A stretch of DNA of 29,068 nucleotides from a virus: the IMG/VR virus record IMGVR_UViG_3300032111_000014. One strand, written 5' to 3'. A program made the translations under genes and the position numbers. Below are positions 1 to 7,962 of this stretch, piece by piece. The notes beneath the pieces were generated by a model. It did not search any database, was not told the origin of the DNA, and saw only the letters and a list, made by a program, of their open reading frames with translations. Position 1 is the first letter of the stretch; the number at the start of each line of letters is the position of its first letter.

Positions 1-1383
1 TTGGACGTTGTGCTTATAAACCCCGAGGACCGGACAGCTGTTAAGAATAAACTGGGCTTTGTTTTGCCGCCCCTCAACCTGATGTACCTTGGAGCCGCCC
101 TTGAAAGCGCATCCTTCACTGTTAAGATAATCGACGATGACATTAAGAGGATGGGAGCTGAGGGGGTTGCCAGAATAGTTGAAAGAATCAACCCACTCAT
201 TGTGGGAATAACAGCAACCACTGCAACGATAAAGACGTCCCTCGAGTACGTAAGGGCCATAAAGAATCGTTTACCCGAGGTCCTGACAGTTATAGGGGGG
301 CCACATCCCACATTTCTCCCCGTGGATACCCTCCAGGACTGCAGGGACCTTGATGTTGTTGTCATGGGCGAGGGTGAGGCCACCCTCGTGGACCTTGCAG
401 AGGCCTGTGAAAGGGGAGGATGCCTTGATGGTGTAGCAGGTATCACCTACCGTAGGGGTGACAGGATAAAGACAACCGGGCCCAGGGCCCTCATAGAGGA
501 CCTTGACAGTATCCCATTCCCTGCAAGGCACCTGGTACCCTTCAGGGACTATGAAACCTCCAGCCAGGACGCTGGCGGGATGATAACCAGTCGCGGCTGT
601 GTCTACCCCTGCAGGTACTGCTCATCATCCCTCATAATGGGTAAGAAGTTCAGGTTCAGGAGCCCGGAGAACGTTGTTGATGAGGTTGAGGAACTTGTGG
701 AGGTCTACGGCCTGCATGATATAGCATTCCTTGACGACACCTTCATGCTACACAGGCCCCGTGCCAGGGAGATCTCTGAGGAGATACAGAGGAGGAACCT
801 TGATGTGAGCTTTGTCACGTCCTCCAGGGTGGACATGGTCCAGGAGTCCCTTCTAAGGGAACTCAAGGCCGCCGGTATGAGCACAATATACTATGGTGTT
901 GAATCAGGGTGTCAGCGCGTCCTTGATATGATGAAAAAGGGCATAACCGTGAAGCAGGCAGAGGATGCTGTGAGGGTCACCAAGAGGGTTGGTGTGGACG
1001 TCATAACATCCTTCATCCTGGGATACCCCGGTGAAAAACCCGCAGAGATGGACCGGACCATAGACTTTTCAATAAAACTTGACCCTGACTACAGCCAGTA
1101 CTCAATACTGACCCCATTCCCGGGCACTCCAATCTACGCCGAGCTCAAGAGTCAGGGACTCATTGAAGATGACTGGGAGAATTACACCGTCATAAAGCCT
1201 GTTATAAAATACGAGAAGCTGGGTCTGAGCCGTGAGCTCATCCAGAAAAAACTTGTGAAGGCCTACCTGAAATTCTATTCAAGGCCACGTTACCTCATTA
1301 AGCACAGCTACATGATACGCGTATTCTTCGAAACCCTCTACAGGACCTACATCGAGCCAAAGATCCCCTTTAAAAAAGGTTGA
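1..1383 (+). CDS. Cobalamin-binding radical SAM protein (BchE-like/class B methyltransferase family), host gene
   Basis: N-terminal B12-binding domain ([23 protein letters not shown]) and CxxxCxxC motif ([11 protein letters not shown]), followed by DDTF and YGVESG radical SAM motifs. Confidence 0.92.
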   Translation: MDVVLINPEDRTAVKNKLGFVLPPLNLMYLGAALESASFTVKIIDDDIKRMGAEGVARIVERINPLIVGITATTATIKTSLEYVRAIKNRLPEVLTVIGGPHPTFLPVDTLQDCRDLDVVVMGEGEATLVDLAEACERGGCLDGVAGITYRRGDRIKTTGPRALIEDLDSIPFPARHLVPFRDYETSSQDAGGMITSRGCVYPCRYCSSSLIMGKKFRFRSPENVVDEVEELVEVYGLHDIAFLDDTFMLHRPRAREISEEIQRRNLDVSFVTSSRVDMVQESLLRELKAAGMSTIYYGVESGCQRVLDMMKKGITVKQAEDAVRVTKRVGVDVITSFILGYPGEKPAEMDRTIDFSIKLDPDYSQYSILTPFPGTPIYAELKSQGLIEDDWENYTVIKPVIKYEKLGLSRELIQKKLVKAYLKFYSRPRYLIKHSYMIRVFFETLYRTYIEPKIPFKKG

Positions 1384-1440
1384 AGGGTGAATGGGTTTAT
1401 GGAACTGCAGATATGAGGGGGGTGGAAAATAGGGTGGGTT

Positions 1441-2244
1441 TCATGCCATCGGCATCCTGAAAACCCCTACATTAACACCTCCCAGGCCCACACGATTTAT
1501 GATGCCAATTTTCCCTGATCCTTCAAGTTCAAGGTAGCCTGTTGAATTCCTTATAACCCTGAAACCTGCCGGTTCAAATGCGATGCCACCGTAATCCACT
1601 GAACCTGTGATTCTAAGGATGTTTTCAGGGAAAATGGCCAGTGAAGTCCCCCCCATGGTTACATTGGTGCTCATATTACCGCTGGCCCTCAGATTCTGAT
1701 GCAGGTCTGCTATGTAGAAACCGCCGGTGTTAACATTGAAGGAGGCGTTCCTGAAGGTGGAATTTCCGATTAACACTGTCCCTCCTCCTGCGTACTGTAT
1801 GGTTGAGTTGAGGTTTTCTATCCTTGAATCATTGGCGAGTACAACCCTGAATCCACCTGTCCTTGTTTTAAGGGTGATGTTGTAGATGTACCTGTTTGAT
1901 AGCATTATCCTTGCACTGGCGGTGTCCATTGTAATGTTCAGGTTCAGGTTTTCACCATTCACTGTATGGTTAACCCTGGGGCGCGGAGTGCCGGAGCTCC
2001 TCTCTGTCTCAACGGTGTAAACCCTCCCTGATGTGTTTGTAAATTCAAGGTCCACGCCGCTGGCATTTGATTCCAGGTTCACATTCACATACCTGACACC
2101 GGATACCTCACTTGAGTTAAGTGTGAAGTTCTCAGTCACAGCCTCATCTGACCGCGGCAGGAGCGATGCTGCAGATGCAACGATAAATGCAGCCACCAGT
2201 ATGATGAGGAGTACTGCCCCTGCAATATTCATTCTGTCCATCAT
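1441..2244 (-). CDS. Membrane-anchored hypothetical protein with beta-rich, Asn/Ser/Thr-rich ectodomain (DUF4097-like), host gene
   Basis: 267-aa ORF with an N-terminal hydrophobic helix and many N-x-S/T sequons; its start overlaps the Yip1 stop at 2241-2244, suggesting an operon. Confidence 0.6.
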   Translation of the reverse strand: MMDRMNIAGAVLLIILVAAFIVASAASLLPRSDEAVTENFTLNSSEVSGVRYVNVNLESNASGVDLEFTNTSGRVYTVETERSSGTPRPRVNHTVNGENLNLNITMDTASARIMLSNRYIYNITLKTRTGGFRVVLANDSRIENLNSTIQYAGGGTVLIGNSTFRNASFNVNTGGFYIADLHQNLRASGNMSTNVTMGGTSLAIFPENILRITGSVDYGGIAFEPAGFRVIRNSTGYLELEGSGKIGIINRVGLGGVNVGVFRMPMA

Positions 2245-2578
2245 AACACCCCCAGAATCATCATCAGAACGGTTACCACAACTGCTGGAAGTGCAAATAC
2301 TGATAGAAAGGCCCTTCCATAGCCTATCCCATGCTCAGCATCCACTGCAGCAACAGCAGTGGTAATGGTCCATATGTACATCACCACCATGAGGGCTGTG
2401 GATGTGAAGATTGTTCCCCAGAGTATCAGGGTCATGAAGGCGAATATTCCAACCACGAAGGGGGCCGCTGCAAAGCCCATCATCCTGAAGGTCCCTGAGA
2501 ATGTCCCTCCTCCACTGAAAACCCTGGATGCAACTATATGGGATATCAGTGCCCATAAAATGAGTTTTATGAATGAAA
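2241..2578 (-). pseudogene. 3' part of a Yip1-domain membrane protein gene interrupted by the prophage
   Basis: Reads SFIKLILWALISHIVASRVFSGGGTFSGTFRMMGFAAAP...LGVL* on the minus strand; in frame with the 27332..27564 N-terminal half across the 13-bp att core. Confidence 0.88.
2566..2578 (+). repeat. attL core TTTATGAATGAAA
   Basis: Exact 13-bp copy of 27332..27344; recombination here restores the host frame. Confidence 0.9.
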
Positions 2579-2580
2579 GT

Positions 2581-2608
2581 TTTATAGAAATGTCTACATT
2601 TATAGACA
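2581..2608 (+). promoter_or_regulatory. Putative integrase promoter (TTTATA at 2599-2604) overlapped by inverted repeats
   Basis: TATA-like box about 27 bp upstream of an SD-less ATG at 2630; inverted repeats TGTCTA-N6-TAGACA (2591-2608) and AAATGT-N2-ACATTT (2588-2601). Confidence 0.45.
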
Positions 2609-2629
2609 GTGCTTTTATACAGATAATTC

Positions 2630-3838
2630 ATGCCCACCAAGAAACCATCCCCAGATAAAGTAACACAAGACCCCCTATTCCAGGATTTTATTTTAACAAG
2701 GAACATAAAACAAGGAACGATCAGATCATATATCGCGGCTTTACAATACTATCTCACAGTAACAGGTAAAAATAACCTCACAGAACTCATTGAGGAAGCC
2801 GAGAATGAACAGGACCGTGGTGTTAGAAGAAGAAAAAGGCGCATCAGAACATACTTCATCAAGTACATCAAGGCACTCGAAGAAAATGGAATCAGAGAAT
2901 CAACCATCAACCTCTACCTTTCACGTCTGAAAACGATCTACAATGAATATGAGATAGACACACCACGTATCACCTACAAGACCAACACTAATAACAATGC
3001 ATCACTTGAAGAGCTTCTTAGTATTGAAGAGGTGAAGCATGTTGTTGATAATGTTAAAATCAGAGAAAAGGCCATAATCCTACTGCACCTCACGAGTGGA
3101 ATGGGCGCTGCAGAAGTGCAAAGCCTCACACTTCATGATTATAATAGTGCGATCGGCTTTAATGTCCTGGGCGGGGACTATAATGAGTTGAAAAAAAGAA
3201 TTATGGATGAGGGGATCATTGGTGTGTGGAAGATCAGACGTGTGAAGACAGGGATGCCCTATGTGACATTCAGCACACCTGAGGCTAACCTTAAGATCCT
3301 TGAATATTTGAAACACCGGAAACTTAAGGGTATGCCCGCCACAAGTTCAGATGACCCTTTATTCGTAAGTCGTTCTAATAAGCCCATAATGCGCTCCAAT
3401 TACATGGCCATTTTTGAGAGGATAAACGATTCTTTAGGAATGGGGTTCTGTGAGAATGGATCGCGCAGGTTTACATCACATAAACTTAGAAAATTATTCA
3501 CGAGCATCCTTTATAAGGAGGGAATGGATAAGCTCATGATCGATTGGTGTTTGGGCCATAAAGTTAATCCCGTCACGGAGGCTTATTTTAAGGCTAATAT
3601 TGAGCACCTGAAGCGAGAGTATAGGAAGAGGATGCATGCATTAACCCTGGAGAAGTCACGTGTTAGGAGGGTTATGTCTGATGAGGTCAGAGAGATTGTC
3701 CGTGAGTTGGAGGCTAAGGAGAGGGAGATTAAGGAGTTGCGTGAGTCTCAGGAGAAGTTGAGGGAGTGGGTGAAGAAAACGGAGAAACTCTATAATATTA
3801 TTGTTTCAGATCCTGAGTTTTTGAAGAGAATGAGATAA
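2630..3838 (+). CDS. int: Tyrosine recombinase/integrase with C-terminal coiled coil
   Basis: Motifs RVKT (K206), HKLR (H284/R287), LGH (H310), EAY (Y319); adjacent to attL. The first catalytic Arg position reads Gly (SGMGAAE). Confidence 0.9.
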   Translation: MPTKKPSPDKVTQDPLFQDFILTRNIKQGTIRSYIAALQYYLTVTGKNNLTELIEEAENEQDRGVRRRKRRIRTYFIKYIKALEENGIRESTINLYLSRLKTIYNEYEIDTPRITYKTNTNNNASLEELLSIEEVKHVVDNVKIREKAIILLHLTSGMGAAEVQSLTLHDYNSAIGFNVLGGDYNELKKRIMDEGIIGVWKIRRVKTGMPYVTFSTPEANLKILEYLKHRKLKGMPATSSDDPLFVSRSNKPIMRSNYMAIFERINDSLGMGFCENGSRRFTSHKLRKLFTSILYKEGMDKLMIDWCLGHKVNPVTEAYFKANIEHLKREYRKRMHALTLEKSRVRRVMSDEVREIVRELEAKEREIKELRESQEKLREWVKKTEKLYNIIVSDPEFLKRMR

Positions 3839-3912
3839 TGATTGTGATTAGTTTTCAGGGGCTCTCTAAGGTTAAAGGTATTATTTATTCTTTTCTTATT
3901 AACCTTTCATAG

Positions 3913-4015
3913 GGTGGGGTCCCCAGGGGGTTTTAGAAGGAAGTTCTTTTGGCGCCCACCAAAAAGTGACATCCCCTAATGACCCCCTGGGGGTGCGCAT
4001 CCCTTAGGGGGATGC
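3913..4015. other. GC-rich cluster of inverted repeats (possible structured RNA or DNA element)
   Basis: Stems 3921-3931/3982-3992 (11 bp perfect), 3947-3952/3959-3964, 3997-4003/4009-4015, and a crossing pair 3913-3918/3955-3960. Confidence 0.55.
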
Positions 4016-4040
4016 TATGTGATAGGTATTAATGGTAGTG

Positions 4041-4049
4041 TTATATATA
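4041..4049 (+). promoter_or_regulatory. TATA box TTATATATA, probable rightward early promoter
   Basis: Archaeal TATA consensus about 30 bp upstream of the first GGTGGT-AAG-ATG start signal. Confidence 0.55.
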
Positions 4050-4064
4050 GGTGCCCCCCTTTAG

Positions 4065-4088
4065 TGTGTGGTGGTAAGATGAAAACAC
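4065..4088 (+). repeat. 24-bp direct repeat copy 1 (TGTGTGGTGGTAAGATGAAAACAC)
   Basis: Identical to 4394..4417; contains an SD and ATG; enclosed by the inverted repeat 4052-4060/4091-4099. Confidence 0.95.
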
Positions 4089-4119
4089 TGAGGGGGGCAG
4101 AAGAAAGAGTTTCATTGGT

Positions 4120-4293
4120 TTATTCTTTAATTTCGTCAAGATATTCTTTATTTTTTTCGATAAACAAGTCTATGGCTTCTTCCCATGCTGAAGTAATTGG
4201 TGTTTTCTCGAATTTTAGCATTGCGATGACTTTGAAGAGTTTGAACTTTTTTGCATCGATATTGACGCTTGTGTTGACCTTTTCACTTTTCAT
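4120..4293 (-). CDS. Ribbon-helix-helix DNA-binding protein, candidate lysogeny repressor (57 aa)
   Basis: MKSEKVNTSVNIDAKKFKLFKVIAMLKFEKTPITSAWEEAIDLFIEKN shows the beta-helix-helix pattern; AT-rich promoter-like DNA upstream. The ORF track extends to 4623, but the 4293 start is more plausible. Confidence 0.65.
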   Translation of the reverse strand: MKSEKVNTSVNIDAKKFKLFKVIAMLKFEKTPITSAWEEAIDLFIEKNKEYLDEIKE

Positions 4294-4340
4294 GGTTTCT
4301 ATTTTTTCAGAGCATAGCTTAAAAATCTTTATACTATTTA

Positions 4341-4360
4341 ACCAATATACCAATATACCA
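4341..4360. promoter_or_regulatory. Tandem ACCAATAT repeats in the AT-rich region upstream of the RHH gene (operator candidate)
   Basis: ACCAATAT-ACCAATAT-ACCA next to TATA-like sequences on the minus strand. Confidence 0.4.
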
Positions 4361-4393
4361 AAAAATATAAATACCATGTCATCCATAGGATTA

Positions 4394-4417
4394 TGTGTGG
4401 TGGTAAGATGAAAACAC
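4394..4417 (+). repeat. 24-bp direct repeat copy 2
   Basis: Identical to 4065..4088; supplies the SD and ATG (4408) of the first early gene. Confidence 0.95.
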
Positions 4418-4884
4418 AAGACATTATAATTAGGAAAAGCCTTGAAGCCTGGAGAAAGTACAAGGGGGCCCTTGAAGAAGGCTACCCCGAAGAGATAGAA
4501 GAAACATACCAGAACTACCTGGACTATGAAGGCGTCAGAGTGGAAATACAAACACCTGTAGAAGCCCTTGAAGACCAAGTACATGAAAACTGGATGGGCT
4601 TCAGAAACCCCAACAAGGCCCATTTAACCAGTGAAGCAATCCGTGAATTCAAAAGAATACTTGAATACTTTGCAGGTGATCTTCTACATTCAGCAGGTAG
4701 CCTTGCATGGATCAGAGCACTCAGGAAACACGAAGGGAAAGAAGATGTAATTATTGATGAAGACATTGTTTACCTCGCCTACCTGAACATACTCAGCGGC
4801 CTAATTACTTCAGAAGATGAAGAGACACTCAAACGTCACAATGCACTCTACAGGTCAATAATTTACGGAGTGGAGGTGGAATAA
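4408..4884 (+). CDS. Hypothetical early protein (158 aa)
   Basis: ORF with GGTGGT SD at ATG 4408; helical and acidic; no recognised family. Confidence 0.75.
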   Translation: MKTQDIIIRKSLEAWRKYKGALEEGYPEEIEETYQNYLDYEGVRVEIQTPVEALEDQVHENWMGFRNPNKAHLTSEAIREFKRILEYFAGDLLHSAGSLAWIRALRKHEGKEDVIIDEDIVYLAYLNILSGLITSEDEETLKRHNALYRSIIYGVEVE

Positions 4885-5025
4885 ATGATGCCATTAACCA
4901 AAAAGGAACTCTACAACCGCCTCCTAATAACAAGGGACATCGACGACATTAACCGCTACAGGAAAACCATCGAAGATTTAATCAGATGGATCCAGATTGA
5001 CCTAAAAGATGGGGATGAATGGTGA
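4885..5025 (+). CDS. Small hypothetical protein (46 aa; not in ORF track)
   Basis: MMPLTKKELYNRLLITRDID...DEW*; GGAGGT SD; starts immediately after the previous stop. Confidence 0.6.
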   Translation: MMPLTKKELYNRLLITRDIDDINRYRKTIEDLIRWIQIDLKDGDEW

Positions 5026-5141
5026 TGTCCGATATGAACATGAGGGCTGTGATCCTAATCCTCCTAATCCTCCTCTTTTTCATTTTCATGGGATTTATGA
5101 AGACACTTGAAGTTGCACCATACCACACATTTGGATTGTAG
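5025..5141 (+). CDS. Small single-TM membrane peptide (38 aa; not in ORF track)
   Basis: MSDMNMRAVILILLILLFFIFMGFMKTLEVAPYHTFGL*; TGATG coupling with the previous gene. Confidence 0.55.
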   Translation: MSDMNMRAVILILLILLFFIFMGFMKTLEVAPYHTFGL

Positions 5142-5190
5142 GGGGTTGATGCTATGGGATTAGTGGATGAATATAAAGGGGGTGTGAATA

Positions 5191-5715
5191 TTGAATGACC
5201 TTCTACTGGAATTAGAGAATGATGAAGGATGGGAAGACCTGAACGAATCAGCAATATTCTGGAACCCCGTGGAGGGAGAAAGTATACGTGGCATCTGCAA
5301 AGGCATCAAGGAGATACACACAAAACTCGGCAGCCTAAAAGTCATGACCCTCCAAACAGCAGACGGGGAATACTACGTGAAAGGCCACAAGGCCCTAGAG
5401 AAATACTTTGACAGGATACAAGAAGGATGGGGTGTCTGGATCACATACAATGGAAAGGCAAAGTCACAGAAGGGTGCGGAATACCACAGTTACACAGTGA
5501 AGGTGAAAAGGCTCGAGCAACCTGCACAGTTAGGGGTTCTCCATGAGAATGACTTCCAGGACAAAAGCATCCAGGCGCTTATCATGTTGACCCGCGCCGA
5601 CAAAGGGACGACAACATTAAAGAATGTGCTGGAAAAGCTTGATGAAGTCTATGGTGAGGGTGGTGTCACAGAATCCGAGTACCTCAAAATCAAGGAGGAA
5701 CTGGGGGTGAACTAA
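5191..5715 (+). CDS. Putative OB-fold single-stranded DNA-binding protein with C-terminal helical extension
   Basis: TTG start with GGGGTG SD; beta-rich aromatic/Gly pattern (WNPVEGESIRG...YNGK...YHSYTV) resembling phage SSB-like OB folds. Pattern-level call only. Confidence 0.45.
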   Translation: MNDLLLELENDEGWEDLNESAIFWNPVEGESIRGICKGIKEIHTKLGSLKVMTLQTADGEYYVKGHKALEKYFDRIQEGWGVWITYNGKAKSQKGAEYHSYTVKVKRLEQPAQLGVLHENDFQDKSIQALIMLTRADKGTTTLKNVLEKLDEVYGEGGVTESEYLKIKEELGVN

Positions 5716-5716
5716 C

Positions 5717-5902
5717 ATGGATAGAGTCAGGACCAGCATAATGCTCCCTGAAGGTGTGTACAGTTACCTGAAAGACATTGTGATAACAGCACAAGACGAA
5801 GGAGTGAAACTATCCATGAATGAGATCATCAATGACGCCATCCTCTATTACCTGGACTATGTGAACATCGAGAGAGAATACCTTGATAGGAGGATGCGCT
5901 GA
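5717..5902 (+). CDS. Ribbon-helix-helix protein
   Basis: RTSIMLPEGVYSYLK...SMNEIINDAILYYL fits the CopG/Arc pattern. Confidence 0.7.
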   Translation: MDRVRTSIMLPEGVYSYLKDIVITAQDEGVKLSMNEIINDAILYYLDYVNIEREYLDRRMR

Positions 5903-6369
5903 TGGTGGGGGAACACCTACGGAGGCTGCGGAAGGCGCAGAACATTCAAGTCGAACCTCTACCTGGGGATGATGCATTACTAGCATTCATCACCCGGTCA
6001 GAGAATGGGGAATACCTTGTCACAGTACTGGATAACATGATACGATGCGAATGCCCTGATTACCAGTACCGTCATGGCGATGAGGGTTCATACATCTGCA
6101 AACATTGCTGGGCAGTCCTGCAGCACATACTCAACGAATCATATGAAGAATACGGTGACCATGAATGCATGCGCACATTCAAGGTACCTGCTTGGCTTGC
6201 TGAAGAAAAAGGACTCAGCAGGGAAAGAGTGACAGGAACAATAGAACATGAAACACCCAAGGCCATACTGCTGAGAACACCTAAAGGAGAGTCTTACTGG
6301 CTCCCCAAAAGCCAGATCCGTGAAGAAAGGATCCCCACTGATCAAACCACCCTGGGGGTGAAAGGATGA
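5902..6369 (+). CDS. SWIM zinc-finger protein
   Basis: CECPDYQYRH...CKHCWAV matches CxC-Xn-CxH. Confidence 0.8.
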   Translation: MVGEHLRRLRKAQNIQVEPLPGDDALLAFITRSENGEYLVTVLDNMIRCECPDYQYRHGDEGSYICKHCWAVLQHILNESYEEYGDHECMRTFKVPAWLAEEKGLSRERVTGTIEHETPKAILLRTPKGESYWLPKSQIREERIPTDQTTLGVKG

Positions 6370-6503
6370 GAGGAGATTTTGATGAGGAAGAACTCCAGAG
6401 TGCAATGGAAGCATGGAGTAAACTCATCAGATGGGCCCACAGATGGGAGGAAGAAGGATGCAGAGGAGGATCTGCGGAAGGCGAGATCTCCAGAAGGCCA
6501 TAA
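6366..6503 (+). CDS. Small acidic hypothetical protein (45 aa; not in ORF track)
   Basis: ATGA overlap with the SWIM gene stop; MRGDFDEEELQSAMEAWSKLIRW... Confidence 0.4.
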   Translation: MRGDFDEEELQSAMEAWSKLIRWAHRWEEEGCRGGSAEGEISRRP

Positions 6504-6700
6504 AGGAATTACTCAGAGAATATGGGGAGTTGAGTGTGGAGGAGTTGCACAGGCTACTCCTTCACAACTATGAATTCGGAAGGAATTATGATGTAACCCG
6601 GCAGGCTGTCACAATCTACACGCGTAGGGTGGCGGCGACTACAGGGATAACGATGAATAAGTATGGGAAACCAGTCAGGGTGTACACATTGGAGGCGTAG
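6458..6700 (+). CDS. Winged helix-turn-helix protein
   Basis: LQKAIKELLREYGELSVEELHRLL...TRQAV...GKPVRVY; the track start is 6431, but ATG 6458 has the better SD. Confidence 0.6.
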   Translation: MQRRICGRRDLQKAIKELLREYGELSVEELHRLLLHNYEFGRNYDVTRQAVTIYTRRVAATTGITMNKYGKPVRVYTLEA

Positions 6701-6702
6701 TA

Positions 6703-6936
6703 ATGGATGACAAGTTTATATTGACCGAGGAAGCATTTGAGGAAAGTAAAGAATTAGCGCTTAAGACTGTGAGGTTATTCCGTGATGAGGGGGCGCATCC
6801 ATTAATTGGGTTGGAAGCGCTTCTAATTGCCTTAGAGGCCACAATTAAAGGTACAGGTATGAGGGAATCAGAGGCATTGGTGGCTGTTACAATAATGTCA
6901 CTAAAGAAATTATTAGATGATGATGGGGGTCAATAG
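6703..6936 (+). CDS. Hypothetical protein (77 aa)
   Basis: Tightly packed operon ORF with SD. Confidence 0.65.
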   Translation: MDDKFILTEEAFEESKELALKTVRLFRDEGAHPLIGLEALLIALEATIKGTGMRESEALVAVTIMSLKKLLDDDGGQ

Positions 6937-6938
6937 TC

Positions 6939-7223
6939 TTGGAGGTTAAAGTGACTTTAAGAGTGGACGATGAATTATACAGGTTCTTCATGGAGAATGA
7001 TGTTGACCTGGATAGGGTCATGCAGTTATTCATGAACCAGATGAACTACTACTTCAGGGAGACAATGAGCATCTATTCACTGATGCGACAGGTTCCTGTA
7101 GGGGAAGTCCTCCGAAGGATGGCGTCAGAGTACGATGAGGATGAAAGGAAGAGTAAGGAGAAATTAAGGGAATATCATGAGAAAAATAGGCTAAGAGGGG
7201 CCTTAAACAGTGAAGCACCATGA
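6939..7223 (+). CDS. RHH-like hypothetical protein
   Basis: N-terminus VKVTLRVDDELYRFF fits the RHH strand and helix A; TTG start. Confidence 0.55.
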   Translation: MEVKVTLRVDDELYRFFMENDVDLDRVMQLFMNQMNYYFRETMSIYSLMRQVPVGEVLRRMASEYDEDERKSKEKLREYHEKNRLRGALNSEAP

Positions 7224-7684
7224 AAGAAGACCAGATAAGTGTCAGGGTTTCAAGGGTTGATAAGGAGACTATTAAGAAAAGTAAGTACAGTTATGCTGAT
7301 GCCATAGAATATTTCGCGAGGTTACTCAGGAAAAATAAGGGTATAATCCCAGAGTTATATCTGAAAGCACTCAGGGAAGAGTTAGATGAAATATCTGAGA
7401 GGAAGATTGAATTGGAAAAGGAATTGGAAAGATTGAACATAGAGGAGGATCGATTGAAAAGAGAGTTAGAGAGGTTTTCTGAGCCTGTTGATGAACCCAT
7501 GAGGGAGGTGAGGGAAGCTGCAAGGTTTGTTATGGAGAGACTTGAGGAGAGAGAGGGTATGGTTTCCCCCAGTGAGGTTGTTAATGATCGTGGTGAGAAT
7601 CTGATAGAGGTTGCTAGTAGGATGTATGGGGCCCCTGAAGAGGAGATCTTAAGGTTACTTTCAGATATGGGAGTCTCCTTATAA
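7220..7684 (+). CDS. RHH-like protein with coiled coil
   Basis: QISVRVSRVDKETIKK...YADAIEYF followed by an E/K/R/L heptad region; ATGA coupling. Confidence 0.6.
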   Translation: MKEDQISVRVSRVDKETIKKSKYSYADAIEYFARLLRKNKGIIPELYLKALREELDEISERKIELEKELERLNIEEDRLKRELERFSEPVDEPMREVREAARFVMERLEEREGMVSPSEVVNDRGENLIEVASRMYGAPEEEILRLLSDMGVSL

Positions 7685-7695
7685 AATTATCTATT

Positions 7696-7960
7696 TGTAT
7701 ATACATCTTTTTTTCTTTGTATATACATTGACGAGAGTATCCCCCTCACATCATGTATATACAGATATACAAGGCATGTATATACGTATATACAAGATTC
7801 CCTAGGGATACCTTCGCAGATGTATATACATCTTTTTTTCTTTGTATATACATTGACGAGAGTACCCCCAGCACATCATGTACATACAGCTGTACAGGGC
7901 ATGTACAGTCGACTGTACAAAACTCCCCAAGGATACCTTCGCAGATGTACATACATCTTT
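7696..7960. repeat. 125-bp tandem repeat (2 copies plus a 15-bp partial) rich in TGTATATACA/TGTACA palindromes; candidate replication origin or regulatory array
   Basis: Copies start at 7696, 7821 and 7946; the first 44 and last 15 bp are identical; 17 internal substitutions. Confidence 0.9.
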
Positions 7961-7962
7961 GA

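Noticed and set aside
2500-2640. tRNA gene as integration target
   Set aside because: No cloverleaf or tRNA motifs at either att site; the core lies in a protein-coding frame.
2335-2706. ORFs 2335..2706(-), 2359..2658(+) and 2033..2365(+) spanning attL
   Set aside because: They cross the host/phage junction or are antisense to better-supported genes; 2335..2706 is not in the Yip1 frame, so it is not a replacement N-terminus.
4019-4623. ORF 4019..4411(+) and the full-length 4120..4623(-) as real proteins
   Set aside because: The plus frame is the antisense of the RHH gene with no recognisable fold (kept only as a possible coupling leader). The minus extension overlaps ORF 4408 and promoter-like DNA.
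6379-6573. 64-aa ORF from the track
   Set aside because: It overlaps two better-supported coupled ORFs (6366..6503 and 6458..6700).
7696-7960. CRISPR mini-array or DGR template/variable repeat
   Set aside because: The supposed spacers are homologous to each other, the differences are not restricted to adenines, and there are no cas or reverse transcriptase genes.
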